A stretch of 64,000 nt of DNA from Candidatus Sumerlaeia bacterium (GTDB lineage: Bacteria > Sumerlaeota > Sumerlaeia > SLMS01 > JANRJK01). Below, piece by piece: positions 19,909 to 29,524 of the stretch. The stretch's first letter is position 1, and the number at the start of each line of letters is the position of its first letter. The notes beneath the pieces are model-generated. The model had not been told where the DNA came from and did no database searches. It worked only from the letters and a program-made list of their open reading frames with translations. Location of the stretch: contig JANRJK010000019.1 of NCBI GenBank assembly GCA_033764015.1, positions 1-64,000 of the forward strand, read 5' to 3'. A program made the translations under genes and the position numbers.

Positions 19909-19941
19909 CATCCTCACCCGACCCCCTCCGGAGGCCGTCCC

Positions 19942-20466
19942 GTGGCAGGCTTCTGCCCGTACCGTTTCGTCGCCATCGGCTTCGTGATCCTCTCCGTTTC
20001 CGCGGTCGACGGCTCCCTGCGCCCCGTCACCCTGCCCAAGTTCGGCGAACCGCGCGCGGACCGGCAGCCGCTCGCCGTCTCGATTCCCGTGTCCGAGGAC
20101 GCCGGCGCCGAACCCGCCGCGGCCACCGAGCTCTCGGACGATACGCTCACCGCGCCGATCCTCCGCCAGCTCATCGATGGCGGCAGCCTCTTCCTCGTGG
20201 ATGCCCGCATTCCGGCGGAGTTCGAGGCGGGCCACCTGCCTTACGCGGTGAACCTCACGCTGCCGGACTTCCTCGCCGGGCGCCCGGAGGTGTTGGATTT
20301 CCACGACCCCTCCACGCTCACCGTGGTCTACTGCGGCGGCGGCGACTGCGACTCCTCCGAGAAGGTTCGCGAGATGCTCGAAAGCTACGGGTTCCAGAGC
20401 GTCCTCGTCTACAAGGAAGGCTTCCCGGGCTGGATCGCCCACGGCGGGGAGCTGATGACGCCGTGA
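19942..20466 (+). CDS. Rhodanese-like domain protein
   Basis: VDARIPAEFEAGHLPYA, VVYCGGGDC, YKEGFPGW; N-terminal hydrophobic segment. Confidence 0.88.
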   Translation: MAGFCPYRFVAIGFVILSVSAVDGSLRPVTLPKFGEPRADRQPLAVSIPVSEDAGAEPAAATELSDDTLTAPILRQLIDGGSLFLVDARIPAEFEAGHLPYAVNLTLPDFLAGRPEVLDFHDPSTLTVVYCGGGDCDSSEKVREMLESYGFQSVLVYKEGFPGWIAHGGELMTP

Positions 20467-21044
20467 GCTTCCTCCGCAACCCGCCCGGAACCCCGGAAAG
20501 CGCGTTCCTCCTTTTCTGCCGCCTTGTATTCGGCGGTCTCCTGCTCCTCGCCGGCGGCGGCAAGCTGATGAACCCGGGCGCGTTCGCGCTTGCGATCGAC
20601 GCCTTCAAGCTGCCGCTTCCGCCGGAGGCGCTCCCGGTGCTCGCGTTCGTGATCCCCTGGGCCGAAGTGATCGCCGGCGCGCTCCTCGTCGTCGGCTGGG
20701 CTTCACGCGAAGCCGCGGCGGTCCTCTTCGCGATGATGCTCGGCTTCACCGGGGGCATCATCTCGGTGATCGCGCGCGACCTTCCGATCGACTGCGGCTG
20801 CTTCGGGAACACCTTCGACGGCCTGCGGCGGGTCCCCCTGCTCGGCGGCGTGGCCAAGTTCCTTTCCGGCGACCAGATATCCATGACGACCGTTCTTCGG
20901 AACGCGACCTTCTTGGGAGCGTTTCTTGCCGTGCTTCTACGCGGCGGCGGACGCTTCGCCCTTGAATCGTCCCGGGTGTCGCGGGCTGACTCACCGGCGT
21001 CCCGCGACGAGTCCCTCCCCCAGCCGGAGGCCGCCCGAACCTGA
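20463..21044 (+). CDS. MauE/DoxX family membrane protein
   Basis: RLVFGGLLLLAGGGKL, PWAEVIAG, IDCGCFG, LRN. Confidence 0.88.
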   Translation: MSFLRNPPGTPESAFLLFCRLVFGGLLLLAGGGKLMNPGAFALAIDAFKLPLPPEALPVLAFVIPWAEVIAGALLVVGWASREAAAVLFAMMLGFTGGIISVIARDLPIDCGCFGNTFDGLRRVPLLGGVAKFLSGDQISMTTVLRNATFLGAFLAVLLRGGGRFALESSRVSRADSPASRDESLPQPEAART

Positions 21045-21081
21045 ACCCGCGACGGCGAGCGCGCACTCCTCGCATCACGCC

Positions 21082-23130
21082 ATGGCACCCAAGGCCAAAG
21101 TCCTCGTCTTTCCACTCGCCGCCGCCGGGAACACGCACCTCAGCAGCTCGAACCGCCTCGCGCGCGGCCTGACCGAGTACGTCCAGGAGCGCCTCGACCG
21201 GCTGCCTGGGGTCGAGGTCCTAACGCAGAAGCTGCTCCTTTCCGCCGAGGGGCCCGACGGCCCCATCGAAGCGCCGATGCCGGGCGCCGTCTGGACCCTT
21301 GAGCAGATCGTCGAAATGCCGATACCCGGCGAGCTGGGCGCCACGCACGTCCTGCACGGCGCCATGCGCCGGGACCGGGGCCAGTGGCAGCTCGACCTCC
21401 AGCTCGTCGAGCTCGAAGCCTCCATGGCGCAGTGGGAACAGCGCATCGGGCGCGGCGAGCAGGAGTTCCCCGCGGAGCTGCGCATCGCGATGCTCGACCT
21501 CGCGCGCCAGCTCGTCGGCGAAATGCCGGAGCACGCGCTCAAGTCGCCCCTCGATCCCCCCACGCGCCTCGCCGCCTCCTTCGAGCCGTACCTCATGGCG
21601 CTCGGGCACCTCGCCGCCGCCCGCCTTCCCGCCTATCCGCGCCAAGCCCTCGAGTGCATGCTCCAAGCGATCGAGGCGGACCCGACCAACATCGAATGCG
21701 CCGAGCGGCTGAACGGCCTCCTCCTCTACTTCCTGTGGGAGGACAAGTCGCACGAGGCGGAGGCGATCTCCGTGCTGCGCCGCGCGGTCGAAACGCTCCC
21801 GGCCTACGCCCCGTTCCACGGCTCGCTCGGGATGTGGATGGCCTCGCACGGCAACGTCACCGCCGGCCAGCGCGTGCTCGAGCAGTACCTCACCCTCGAG
21901 ACGGACCGCCAAGGCCGATCCCGCGGGCTCAGCATCCTCGGCACGCTCCACCGGTCCCAGGGCCGCCGCGGCGACGCCGCGAAGCTCTTCGAGGAGGCGG
22001 TCCTCCTCGACGAGGAGAACATCAACGCGTGGGGCGAACTCGCCGCCTGCCACGCCGAGGAGCAGCGGCTCCACGAGGCGAAGCGCTGCCTCCGCAAGGT
22101 GCTCGACCTCGATCCGGAGCACACCGGCGCCCTGATGAACCTCGGGAATCTGCTCTGGAACGAGGACGACCGCGACCGCTCGCTGATCCTCTTCGAACGC
22201 GCCCTCGCCACCGGGCGCGACCGCGACCCGGTCCGTATGCGACTCGTGCAGGCGTACCTCGCCGCCGGCCGCGTCGCCGACGCCAACGACATCGCCACCG
22301 ATTGGGCGGAAGCCTCCGACACGCAGGCCATGCCCTGGCTGCTGCTGGCCCGCACGCGCCGCACCCTCGGCGAACTCCGCGCCGCGCGCTTCGCGCTCGA
22401 CCAGGCGCGCCGCCTCGCCACCGCCGAGCCCGAGCGGCTCGAACTCGAAATGGAGGAGTTCGCCCTCGCCTCGCCGGGGGACCACGACCTGTTCCGCACG
22501 ACGCTGGAAGCGGAGCTCGCCGCCCTGCCGCCGGCCCTGCGCGACCGTGGACGCTTCCTGCAGGCCGTCGCTGAGGCGCGCCCGGTCCTGACCACGGAGG
22601 AGGGCATGGCCCGCCTCGACGCGTTCTCCGGGCTCGCGGACCGCCACCGCGGCGTGACGCCGCTCTGGCTTGTGCTGGCGGAGGCGCGCCTCCGCCGCGG
22701 CCTCTATTCCGCCGCCGCCGAGGCCCAGCGCCATGTCGTCGAAGCGCTGCCGCTGAACCCCGCCCAGTGGAGCAGCCTCGGCGTTCTCCTCGCCCAGTCG
22801 TCGCAGCGCGTCGAGGCCCTCGACGCCTTCGAGAAGGCGTGCGGCCTCGCCCCCAAGGCTCCCCAGTTCCGCAGCAACTACGCGCTCTGCCTCAAGGAAC
22901 TCGGCCAGGAGGAGCGCGCCGAGGGCGAATTCCGCAAGGTCCTCGCGCTCGACCCGAACGAACCGGTCGCCCGCAAGGAGCTCGGCGAGATGGAAGAGCG
23001 GCGCCGGGCGCGCGAGCTCGCGGCCCACGAGGCGCAAGCCGCGCTTCCCTCCCCGCCGGCGGGCTTGGTGGGCCGCCTGGCCGCCGCTCTAGAAAGCCTC
23101 GCGCGCTGGGCGCGCGAAAAGGCCGGCTGA
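21082..23130 (+). CDS. Tetratricopeptide repeat protein with TolB-N-like N-terminus
   Basis: Multiple TPR-like units (AWGELA..LRKVLDLDPEH, WSSLGVLL..A..LAP); ATG 21082. Confidence 0.8.
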   Translation: MAPKAKVLVFPLAAAGNTHLSSSNRLARGLTEYVQERLDRLPGVEVLTQKLLLSAEGPDGPIEAPMPGAVWTLEQIVEMPIPGELGATHVLHGAMRRDRGQWQLDLQLVELEASMAQWEQRIGRGEQEFPAELRIAMLDLARQLVGEMPEHALKSPLDPPTRLAASFEPYLMALGHLAAARLPAYPRQALECMLQAIEADPTNIECAERLNGLLLYFLWEDKSHEAEAISVLRRAVETLPAYAPFHGSLGMWMASHGNVTAGQRVLEQYLTLETDRQGRSRGLSILGTLHRSQGRRGDAAKLFEEAVLLDEENINAWGELAACHAEEQRLHEAKRCLRKVLDLDPEHTGALMNLGNLLWNEDDRDRSLILFERALATGRDRDPVRMRLVQAYLAAGRVADANDIATDWAEASDTQAMPWLLLARTRRTLGELRAARFALDQARRLATAEPERLELEMEEFALASPGDHDLFRTTLEAELAALPPALRDRGRFLQAVAEARPVLTTEEGMARLDAFSGLADRHRGVTPLWLVLAEARLRRGLYSAAAEAQRHVVEALPLNPAQWSSLGVLLAQSSQRVEALDAFEKACGLAPKAPQFRSNYALCLKELGQEERAEGEFRKVLALDPNEPVARKELGEMEERRRARELAAHEAQAALPSPPAGLVGRLAAALESLARWAREKAG

Positions 23131-23207
23131 CCCCGCGCTCCCTTTCGCCGTGACAGCGCGGCGGAAGCGCCCCATCCTTGGTTCCGAGACCCTATGGATG
23201 CAGCGCC

Positions 23208-23423
23208 ATGATCAAGGTCGCCTGCCGTCAAAGCTCCTGTGCCTACTTCAACCGCCTGGAACTCGCGGCCGAGGCGCAAACGCACTGCAACTGCTCGCAT
23301 CCCGAAAAGCGCCACTACCTCGGCGCCACGCCCTGCCCGCTCTTCCGCATGAACTGGGAAGGGGTCGAAATCAAGGGCATCGACAAGGCCAAGGAACTGA
23401 TCCGCTCGAAGCGGCGCATGTGA
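23208..23423 (+). CDS. Small Cys/His-rich hypothetical protein
   Basis: 71 aa, CxxxxC..HCxCxH..C; host-like codon usage. Confidence 0.6.
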   Translation: MIKVACRQSSCAYFNRLELAAEAQTHCNCSHPEKRHYLGATPCPLFRMNWEGVEIKGIDKAKELIRSKRRM

Positions 23424-23489
23424 CCCTCCGGCGACGTTGACCGCGCGCCGCTCCTCGCGCCTGCTTGTCGGCGAAACAAGGAGCGCACT

Positions 23490-23921
23490 GTGACCCAACC
23501 CGACTCCCCGCGCCGCGTCCTCTCCGACACCAGCGGCCTCACCCAGCTCGGCGCCCCGACCAAGGGCCCCACGCGCCAGCTCGAGTCCTTCCCCTTCCGC
23601 CACGCCGGCCGCGACACCGTCGTGACCTTCCGCTGCTCCGAGTTCACGTGCTTCTGCCCCCTCACGGGCCAGCCCGACTACGCCGCGCTCGAGATCGCCT
23701 ACATCCCCGCCGCGCGCGCCATCGAATCGAAGTCGCTCCGCAACTACCTCTGGAGCTACCGCGACACCGGCGTCTTCCACGAGGACCTCGCGAACATCCT
23801 CCTGGACGAGCTCTTCGACTTCGTCCAGCCCAAGTGGATGAAGGTGACCGCGCGCTTCAACGTCCGCGGCGGCATCGCGATCGACGTCGAGGTCGAGCGC
23901 TCCGCGCCGACGCAGGGTTGA
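23490..23921 (+). CDS. queF: 7-cyano-7-deazaguanine (preQ0) reductase, type I
   Basis: EFTCFCPLTGQPDYA, IESKSLRNYL, FHE, FNVRGGI. Confidence 0.95.
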   Translation: MTQPDSPRRVLSDTSGLTQLGAPTKGPTRQLESFPFRHAGRDTVVTFRCSEFTCFCPLTGQPDYAALEIAYIPAARAIESKSLRNYLWSYRDTGVFHEDLANILLDELFDFVQPKWMKVTARFNVRGGIAIDVEVERSAPTQG

Positions 23922-23928
23922 TCCGGCG

Positions 23929-25593
23929 TTGAACACAGAAGGCAGCGGGACTCCACACCGGGGGATTCGCCCGGCGCTCCTCGCGGGGGGAGGCGTGGCG
24001 GCGCTCGCGCTGCTGCCACAGCTCCTGCTGTTCCGCGCCTACGTCAACGACGACGCGTACATCACGTTCCGCTACAGCGCGAACCTCGCGGCCGGCGTCG
24101 GGCCGTACTTCAACCCGGGCGAGCACGTGGAAGGGTACACCAACCCGTTGCTGATGCTGCTCGCGGCGTTGTGGATCGCGCTCGGCGGCGGCGATTCCGT
24201 GCATCTCTTCGCCAAGGCGCTCGGCGCCTTGTCCGCCGTTGGCTTGGTCCTCGTGGCGGCGTGGGCCGCGTGGCGCTGGCATCCCGACCGGGACGACATG
24301 TTCGTACCTGCCGCGGCGGCCTTCATCGCCGCCGCGTTCCTCTCGTTCACCCCCAACGTCGCGGTGAACGCCATGAGCGGCCTCGAAACGCTGCCCACCG
24401 CGCTGCTAGTGCTGCTCGGGATAGCCGCATTGGCGCTGACGGCGGAGTCCCGCCGTTGGCGCGGGGCGGGCGTGCTGTGGGGGCTGGCGGTCTGGTGCCG
24501 CCCCGAAGTGCCGCTGGTCTTCGCCGTGGCATGGTGCGCCGCCGCCGCGTGGGCCTTGGCCGCGGCAGGGGATTGGCGCCGCTTCCCGCGCGCGCTCCTC
24601 GCCGACGGCTTTACCGCCTTCGGCGCGTTCCTGCTCCTCGTGGGCCTGCGCTACGCGCTCTATGACGGCGAGTTGGTGCCGAACACCTATCACGCGAAGT
24701 CCGGCGGCTTCGGGCGCGTCGAATCGGTGAGCTACCTCGCCGAGTCGTTGGCCCGCCCGTTCCTTGGCTGGCTGCCGCTGGTCGCGGGGTTCGGCCTCGC
24801 TGCGTTCGCGGCGAAGCGCGCCCCGGCTCTCGCGGTGCTGGGTGTCGCCGGTCTCGCGGGCGCGGCGCTCCCGATCTGGACGGGGGCGGACTGGATGATG
24901 GGCGGGCGCATGAGCGTCCCCTATCTGGCGCCGCTCGCGGTCGCGCTGGCGTGCGGCTGGTCCTGGGCGCTTTGCCGCGCGGCGCGACCCACGGGGTTGC
25001 GGCTGGCCGGGCTCACGCTCCTCGTGGTGGCCCTCTTCGCGGTCCCGGCGCGGCAGCGCCTGCTCACCGCGCAGAACGTCGCGGTGCGCGCCAAGGGGTA
25101 CGAAACCGGGCACGGCGCCGTCGCTGCCTTCGTCGGCGGGAACGCGAAGCCCGGCGAGACGGTCGCGGTGATGGACATCGGCATCATCGGCTACCGCAAC
25201 CCGCGGCTCCGCATCCTCGATGTCAGCGGCCTCACGGATCGGGAGATCGCCAAGTCCCCCGGGGCCTTCCTGCAGAAGCTCTACGACCCCGCGTACGTCT
25301 TGGACCAGCGGCCGCGCTACATCGTGCACGCGCTCTACCGCCGCCCCGGCGCGCCGTACCGCGCGCCCGAGTCGCTCGACGGATTCCGCGGATGGACGCC
25401 GATGGAGGAGCGGCTGCTGGCGCACCCGGACCACCTGTCGGGCTACCGCAAGCGCGACTGGGAGGGGGAGCCCCCGCCCCGGGACTGGGTGGAGCAGCTC
25501 GCGCGGCAGCTCGGCGCCGTGGCCGCCTTCGAGCACGGCCACCCGGGCATCAGCTTCGTGCTGGTCGTCTTCGAACGGCAGGACGCCGGGTAG
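23929..25593 (+). CDS. Multi-pass GT-C-type membrane glycosyltransferase (AftB-like)
   Basis: DDAYITFRYSANL..G..FNPGEHVEGYTNPL, SGLET, RPE, PNTYHAK, DVSGLTD; many TM helices. Confidence 0.78.
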   Translation: MNTEGSGTPHRGIRPALLAGGGVAALALLPQLLLFRAYVNDDAYITFRYSANLAAGVGPYFNPGEHVEGYTNPLLMLLAALWIALGGGDSVHLFAKALGALSAVGLVLVAAWAAWRWHPDRDDMFVPAAAAFIAAAFLSFTPNVAVNAMSGLETLPTALLVLLGIAALALTAESRRWRGAGVLWGLAVWCRPEVPLVFAVAWCAAAAWALAAAGDWRRFPRALLADGFTAFGAFLLLVGLRYALYDGELVPNTYHAKSGGFGRVESVSYLAESLARPFLGWLPLVAGFGLAAFAAKRAPALAVLGVAGLAGAALPIWTGADWMMGGRMSVPYLAPLAVALACGWSWALCRAARPTGLRLAGLTLLVVALFAVPARQRLLTAQNVAVRAKGYETGHGAVAAFVGGNAKPGETVAVMDIGIIGYRNPRLRILDVSGLTDREIAKSPGAFLQKLYDPAYVLDQRPRYIVHALYRRPGAPYRAPESLDGFRGWTPMEERLLAHPDHLSGYRKRDWEGEPPPRDWVEQLARQLGAVAAFEHGHPGISFVLVVFERQDAG

Positions 25594-25599
25594 TCCGGC

Positions 25600-26979
25600 T
25601 CAGCACTCGACCACGTTGACGGCGAGGCCGCCGCGGCTCGTCTCCTTGTACTTCGTCGCCATGTCGCGCCCGGTGCGCGCCATGGTGCGGATCACCTTGT
25701 CGAGCGACACCTTGTGCTCGCCGTCGCTGAGCATCGCGAGGCGCGAGGCGTTGATCGCCTTCACGGCGCCCATCGCGTTGCGCTCGATGCAGGGGATCTG
25801 CACGAGGCCGCCGATCGGGTCGCAGGTGAGCCCCAGGTTGTGCTCCATGCCGATCTCCGCCGCGTTCTCGATCTGCGCGTTGGTACCTCCCAGCGCCGCG
25901 GTGAGCCCCGCCGCGGCCATGGAGCACGCCACACCCACCTCGCCCTGGCAGCCGACCTCCGCGCCGCTGATCGAGGCGTTCACGATGTACAGGTGGCAGA
26001 CCCCCGCGGCGGTCAGGATGAAGCGGAACACGCCGTCCGGCGTCGTCTTGCAGAACCGGTGGTAGTAGTGCAGCACGGAGGGGATGATGCCCGCCGCGCC
26101 GTTCGTCGGCGCCGTCACCACGCGCCCGCCCGCCGCGTTCTCCTCGTTCACCGCGAGTGCGTACAGGCTCACCCAGTCCAGCGCCGCCATCGGGTCGCCG
26201 ACGTGGCGCTCCATGTTCTCCGTCAGCGAGCGGTGCATCAGCGGAGCTCGCCGACGGACGTGCAGGCCGCCGGGCAGCTCGCCGTCGGTCCTGATGCCGC
26301 GGCGCACGCAGTCCTGGAACGCGGCCCAGAGGCGCTCGACCCCGGCGCGGACCTCCGGCTCCGGCCGCAGCACGCACTCGTTCGCCAGCACCAGCTCCCA
26401 GATCGCGAGCCCGTCGCGCGCGCACAGGGCCAGAAGCTCCGCGCCGGTCGAGTACTCGTAGGGGAACTCGCGCAGGTCGAGCTTCTGCACGAGGATCGAG
26501 CTGTCCGGCGCGGCGTCCGCGATGAAGCCGCCGCCGACCGAATAGTAGACTTTGTCAAGCAATTCGCCGCCGGCGCCGTCGAAGGCGGTGAACTGCATCC
26601 CGTTGCTGTGGCCGGGCAGGCGCTTCCCGCGGTTGAACAGGAGGTCGTCCTTCGTCGAGAAGTCCACCTCATGGGTACCGCCGAGGCGCAGCCGCCCCGC
26701 GCGGGCGATCTCGTCGCAGCGCGGGTTCACGGCGGTGGGTTCGACGGTCTCCGGCGAGGCGCCCTCGAGCCCCATCAGGATCGCCTTGTCGGAATGGTGG
26801 CCCTTCCCGGTGGCGCCGAGGGAGCCGTAGAGCTGGACGAGGACGCGGGCCGTCGCCTCGAGCAGGTGCTCGTCGGTGAGCTTGCGCGCGAAGCGGTCGG
26901 CGGCGCGCATCGGGCCGACGGTGTGCGAGGACGACGGGCCGATACCGATCTTGAAGACGTCGAAGACGGACGTGGGCAT
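25600..26979 (-). CDS. sdaA: L-serine ammonia-lyase (Fe-S, single chain)
   Basis: [57 protein letters not shown]. Confidence 0.97.
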   Translation of the reverse strand: MPTSVFDVFKIGIGPSSSHTVGPMRAADRFARKLTDEHLLEATARVLVQLYGSLGATGKGHHSDKAILMGLEGASPETVEPTAVNPRCDEIARAGRLRLGGTHEVDFSTKDDLLFNRGKRLPGHSNGMQFTAFDGAGGELLDKVYYSVGGGFIADAAPDSSILVQKLDLREFPYEYSTGAELLALCARDGLAIWELVLANECVLRPEPEVRAGVERLWAAFQDCVRRGIRTDGELPGGLHVRRRAPLMHRSLTENMERHVGDPMAALDWVSLYALAVNEENAAGGRVVTAPTNGAAGIIPSVLHYYHRFCKTTPDGVFRFILTAAGVCHLYIVNASISGAEVGCQGEVGVACSMAAAGLTAALGGTNAQIENAAEIGMEHNLGLTCDPIGGLVQIPCIERNAMGAVKAINASRLAMLSDGEHKVSLDKVIRTMARTGRDMATKYKETSRGGLAVNVVEC

Positions 26980-26992
26980 AAGGGCGCTCCGG

Positions 26993-27010
26993 TGTTCAAT
27001 ATATTGAACA
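26993..27010. promoter_or_regulatory. Perfect 18-bp palindromic operator candidate
   Basis: TGTTCAATATATTGAACA, 14 bp upstream of the sdaA start. Confidence 0.7.
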
Positions 27011-27042
27011 AAGGAGCGCGGCGACGGCAAGCGGAATCCCGG

Positions 27043-27080
27043 AAAAGGGCCGTCCCCCGGCGCGCGGCGCCGGGGGACGG
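27043..27080 (-). terminator. Intrinsic terminator of rplM-rpsI
   Basis: Stem CCGTCCCCCGGCGC/GCGCCGGGGGACGG followed shortly by TTTT on the minus strand. Confidence 0.7.
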
Positions 27081-27106
27081 GGAAGGCTCCGGTGGAACCG
27101 GGGCTG

Positions 27107-27508
27107 TTAGCGCTTGCTGAACTGGCTGCGCTTGCGCGCCTTGAGGAAGCCGTACTTGCGGCGTTCCTTCGCGCGCGGGTCGCGCGTGAGGAAGCCGGCC
27201 TTCTTGAGGGCGGGACGGTTCTCCGCATTCACCTTGAGCATGGCGCGGGCGATGCCGTGGCGGATCGCGCCGACCTGGCCCATGACGCCGCCGCCGTTCA
27301 CGTTCACGAGGACGTCGAACTTCGTCAGGCTGTTCGTCTCGGCGAGCGGCGAGCGCATCACCGAGTCGATGCCGGTACGGCCCTCGAAGTACTTCTTCCA
27401 GTCCTTGCCGTTGATGATGAGCTTGCCCTTGCCGGGGCGGAGGTACACGCGGGCGACAGCGGTCTTGCGGCGCCCGGTGGCCAGGAATTGTTCCAGCGTG
27501 ATAGCCAT
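27107..27508 (-). CDS. rpsI: 30S ribosomal protein S9
   Basis: [50 protein letters not shown]. Confidence 0.98.
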   Translation of the reverse strand: MAITLEQFLATGRRKTAVARVYLRPGKGKLIINGKDWKKYFEGRTGIDSVMRSPLAETNSLTKFDVLVNVNGGGVMGQVGAIRHGIARAMLKVNAENRPALKKAGFLTRDPRAKERRKYGFLKARKRSQFSKR

Positions 27509-27540
27509 GGTTCCTCGGGTGGTCCTTGCGGGAAAGGGGG

Positions 27541-28002
27541 TCAGACCGTCTCGCGGGTCTGGATGTCGATGACCTGCGGCTGCTGCGCCGCGTGCTGGCC
27601 CGTGTACTCGCCCGACTTGTAGATGCGGACGTGGCGGTCCATCACCGAGCCGAGGCGGTTCTTCGGGAGCATGCCGTGGATCGCGCGGCGGAGGACTTCC
27701 TCCGGGCGGCGCTCGAGGAGCGCGCCGGCGGTCTCCGACTTCAGGCCCGTGCGGTAGCGCGAGTGCCAGTAGTACTTCTTCGACACCAGCTTGTCGCCGG
27801 TGAAGACCGCCTTGTCCGCGTTCTTGATGATCACGTGGATCTTGTGGTCCGCGTGCGGCGTGAAGTTGGGCAGGTGCTTGCCGCGCAGGAGCGTGGCCAC
27901 GCGCGCCGCGAAGCGGCCCACGATCTGGCCCGCCGCGTCCAACTCGTACCAAGTTTCGGCGAGGTCTTGCGCCTTCGCCATCGTCGTCTGTCGTGCGTTC
28001 AT
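27541..28002 (-). CDS. rplM: 50S ribosomal protein L13
   Basis: [31 protein letters not shown]; alternative start 27981. Confidence 0.97.
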   Translation of the reverse strand: MNARQTTMAKAQDLAETWYELDAAGQIVGRFAARVATLLRGKHLPNFTPHADHKIHVIIKNADKAVFTGDKLVSKKYYWHSRYRTGLKSETAGALLERRPEEVLRRAIHGMLPKNRLGSVMDRHVRIYKSGEYTGQHAAQQPQVIDIQTRETV

Positions 28003-28096
28003 CTGGTGTAAACCTGTGTGGGGGCGTCCGCTTGGGAAACGAAATCGCCGGTGCGCGAACGCCGGCCGTGCAGCGGCCCCGTTCACAAAGCAGGCG

Positions 28097-28124
28097 AGGG
28101 TAGCGCCTCCCCGCGGCGCGTCAA
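28097..28124 (-). promoter_or_regulatory. Putative sigma70 promoter of rplM
   Basis: TTGACG-16 bp-TACCCT on the minus strand. Confidence 0.35.
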
Positions 28125-28266
28125 GCCCATTCCTTTACATCCCCGCCCCGCCGCGGCAGGGCCCTTCGCCCCCCGCCCCCCACACCTCCGTTGACGTCGC
28201 CCCGCCGATGGCGTCCCCTAGCGCCTCCGGGGGCGCTCACGCCGCCGGCCCGCGAAAGGAAACGCC

Positions 28267-28521
28267 ATGACCGCCCATCTCGCCACCCTAGGCGCGCTCG
28301 CGATCCTCGGGCTCGGATACCAGGAACTCTTCGTCATCTTCCTGCTCGTCCTGCTCCTCGTCGGTCCCAAGGCGATCCCCGCGCTGGCCCGCGCGCTCGG
28401 TCAGGGCATGCGCGAGTTCCGCTCCGCCGCCAACACCTTCAACGACGAACTTACCAAGGAGCCGCCGGAGGAAGGCAAGAAGCCCTCCGTCGAGCCGCCC
28501 GCCACGACCGCCGGCAAGTAG
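28267..28521 (+). CDS. tatA: Twin-arginine translocase TatA/TatE subunit
   Basis: GYQELFVIFLLVLLLVGPK.IP.LARALGQGMREFR. Confidence 0.92.
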   Translation: MTAHLATLGALAILGLGYQELFVIFLLVLLLVGPKAIPALARALGQGMREFRSAANTFNDELTKEPPEEGKKPSVEPPATTAGK

Positions 28522-28551
28522 CGCCGCCCCCCCCCGCGTCCCCGCCCGGAG

Positions 28552-29514
28552 TTGTCCACCGGTCCCGCCCCCTCCACCCGGTCCGCCCGGCAAGGCCACG
28601 ACCAGCATCGGTCGATGCCGATCCTGGAGCACCTGGCGGAGCTGCGCTCGCGGCTGATCCGCGTCTGCCTCGCCGCCGCGCCGGCGCTCCTGCTCGCTTG
28701 GCTCGCCGCCCCGCACGTCATCCACCTCCTCACGCGCCCCTTCGACGAGCTGAACGAGCAGTGGCGCCGCCGCGAGTTGCGCCTTGTGGTCGACGCCGAG
28801 GGCCTCGTCCGCGCCGAGGGGCTTGAAGCGCTTGCGCGGAGCGGCGCGAAGCTGGACCGCATCGCCTTCGTCTCCGCCGCCGATCCCGCGACGGAACTGC
28901 TCTGGCTCGGCACCACCCCCTCCGGCATCATCTACTCCACCCCCGCCGGGCCGTTCACCACGACCATGAACGTCTCGCTCATCCTCGCGCTCGTCTTCGT
29001 GTTCCCCTACGTCCTGGGCGAACTATGGGGGTTCATCAGCCCCGGATTGCTCGAGACCGAACGCCGCTGGGGCGGCCCCTTCGTCGTGGCCGGAGCCGCG
29101 CTGTTCGCCTTCGGCGCGGCCTTCGCCTACTTCAGCCTCAAGTTCGCCCTCATTTTTTTCTCCGGCTTCATCCAGGAGGGCGCCTTCTACTACAACGACA
29201 TGACGCGCTACCTCGGCTTCGTGCTGCTCACCATGGCGGCCTTCGGGGCGCTCTTCCAACTGCCGCTCGCGACGCTCCTCGCGGTGCGGCTCGGGCTGGT
29301 GCGCCGGAGCTGGCTCGCGGAGCGCCGCCGCTACGTGTTCATCGCCCTCCTCGTGGTCGCCGCCGTCGTCACGCCCACGCAGGACGCTTTCACGCTAGCA
29401 CTCATGGCGGGGCCCTTGTACGTACTGTTCGAGATTTCCTTGGCGCTGAGCCGACTCGTCGAACGCCCCGACCCCGCCGGGGAGGCGTTCGCCGCGCTCG
29501 ACAGCAGCGCCTAG
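28552..29514 (+). CDS. tatC: Twin-arginine translocase TatC
   Basis: MPILEHLAELRSRL, WGFISPGL, FQLP, RRY, TPTQD; start uncertain. Confidence 0.93.
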   Translation: MSTGPAPSTRSARQGHDQHRSMPILEHLAELRSRLIRVCLAAAPALLLAWLAAPHVIHLLTRPFDELNEQWRRRELRLVVDAEGLVRAEGLEALARSGAKLDRIAFVSAADPATELLWLGTTPSGIIYSTPAGPFTTTMNVSLILALVFVFPYVLGELWGFISPGLLETERRWGGPFVVAGAALFAFGAAFAYFSLKFALIFFSGFIQEGAFYYNDMTRYLGFVLLTMAAFGALFQLPLATLLAVRLGLVRRSWLAERRRYVFIALLVVAAVVTPTQDAFTLALMAGPLYVLFEISLALSRLVERPDPAGEAFAALDSSA

Positions 29515-29524
29515 CGGACCGGCG

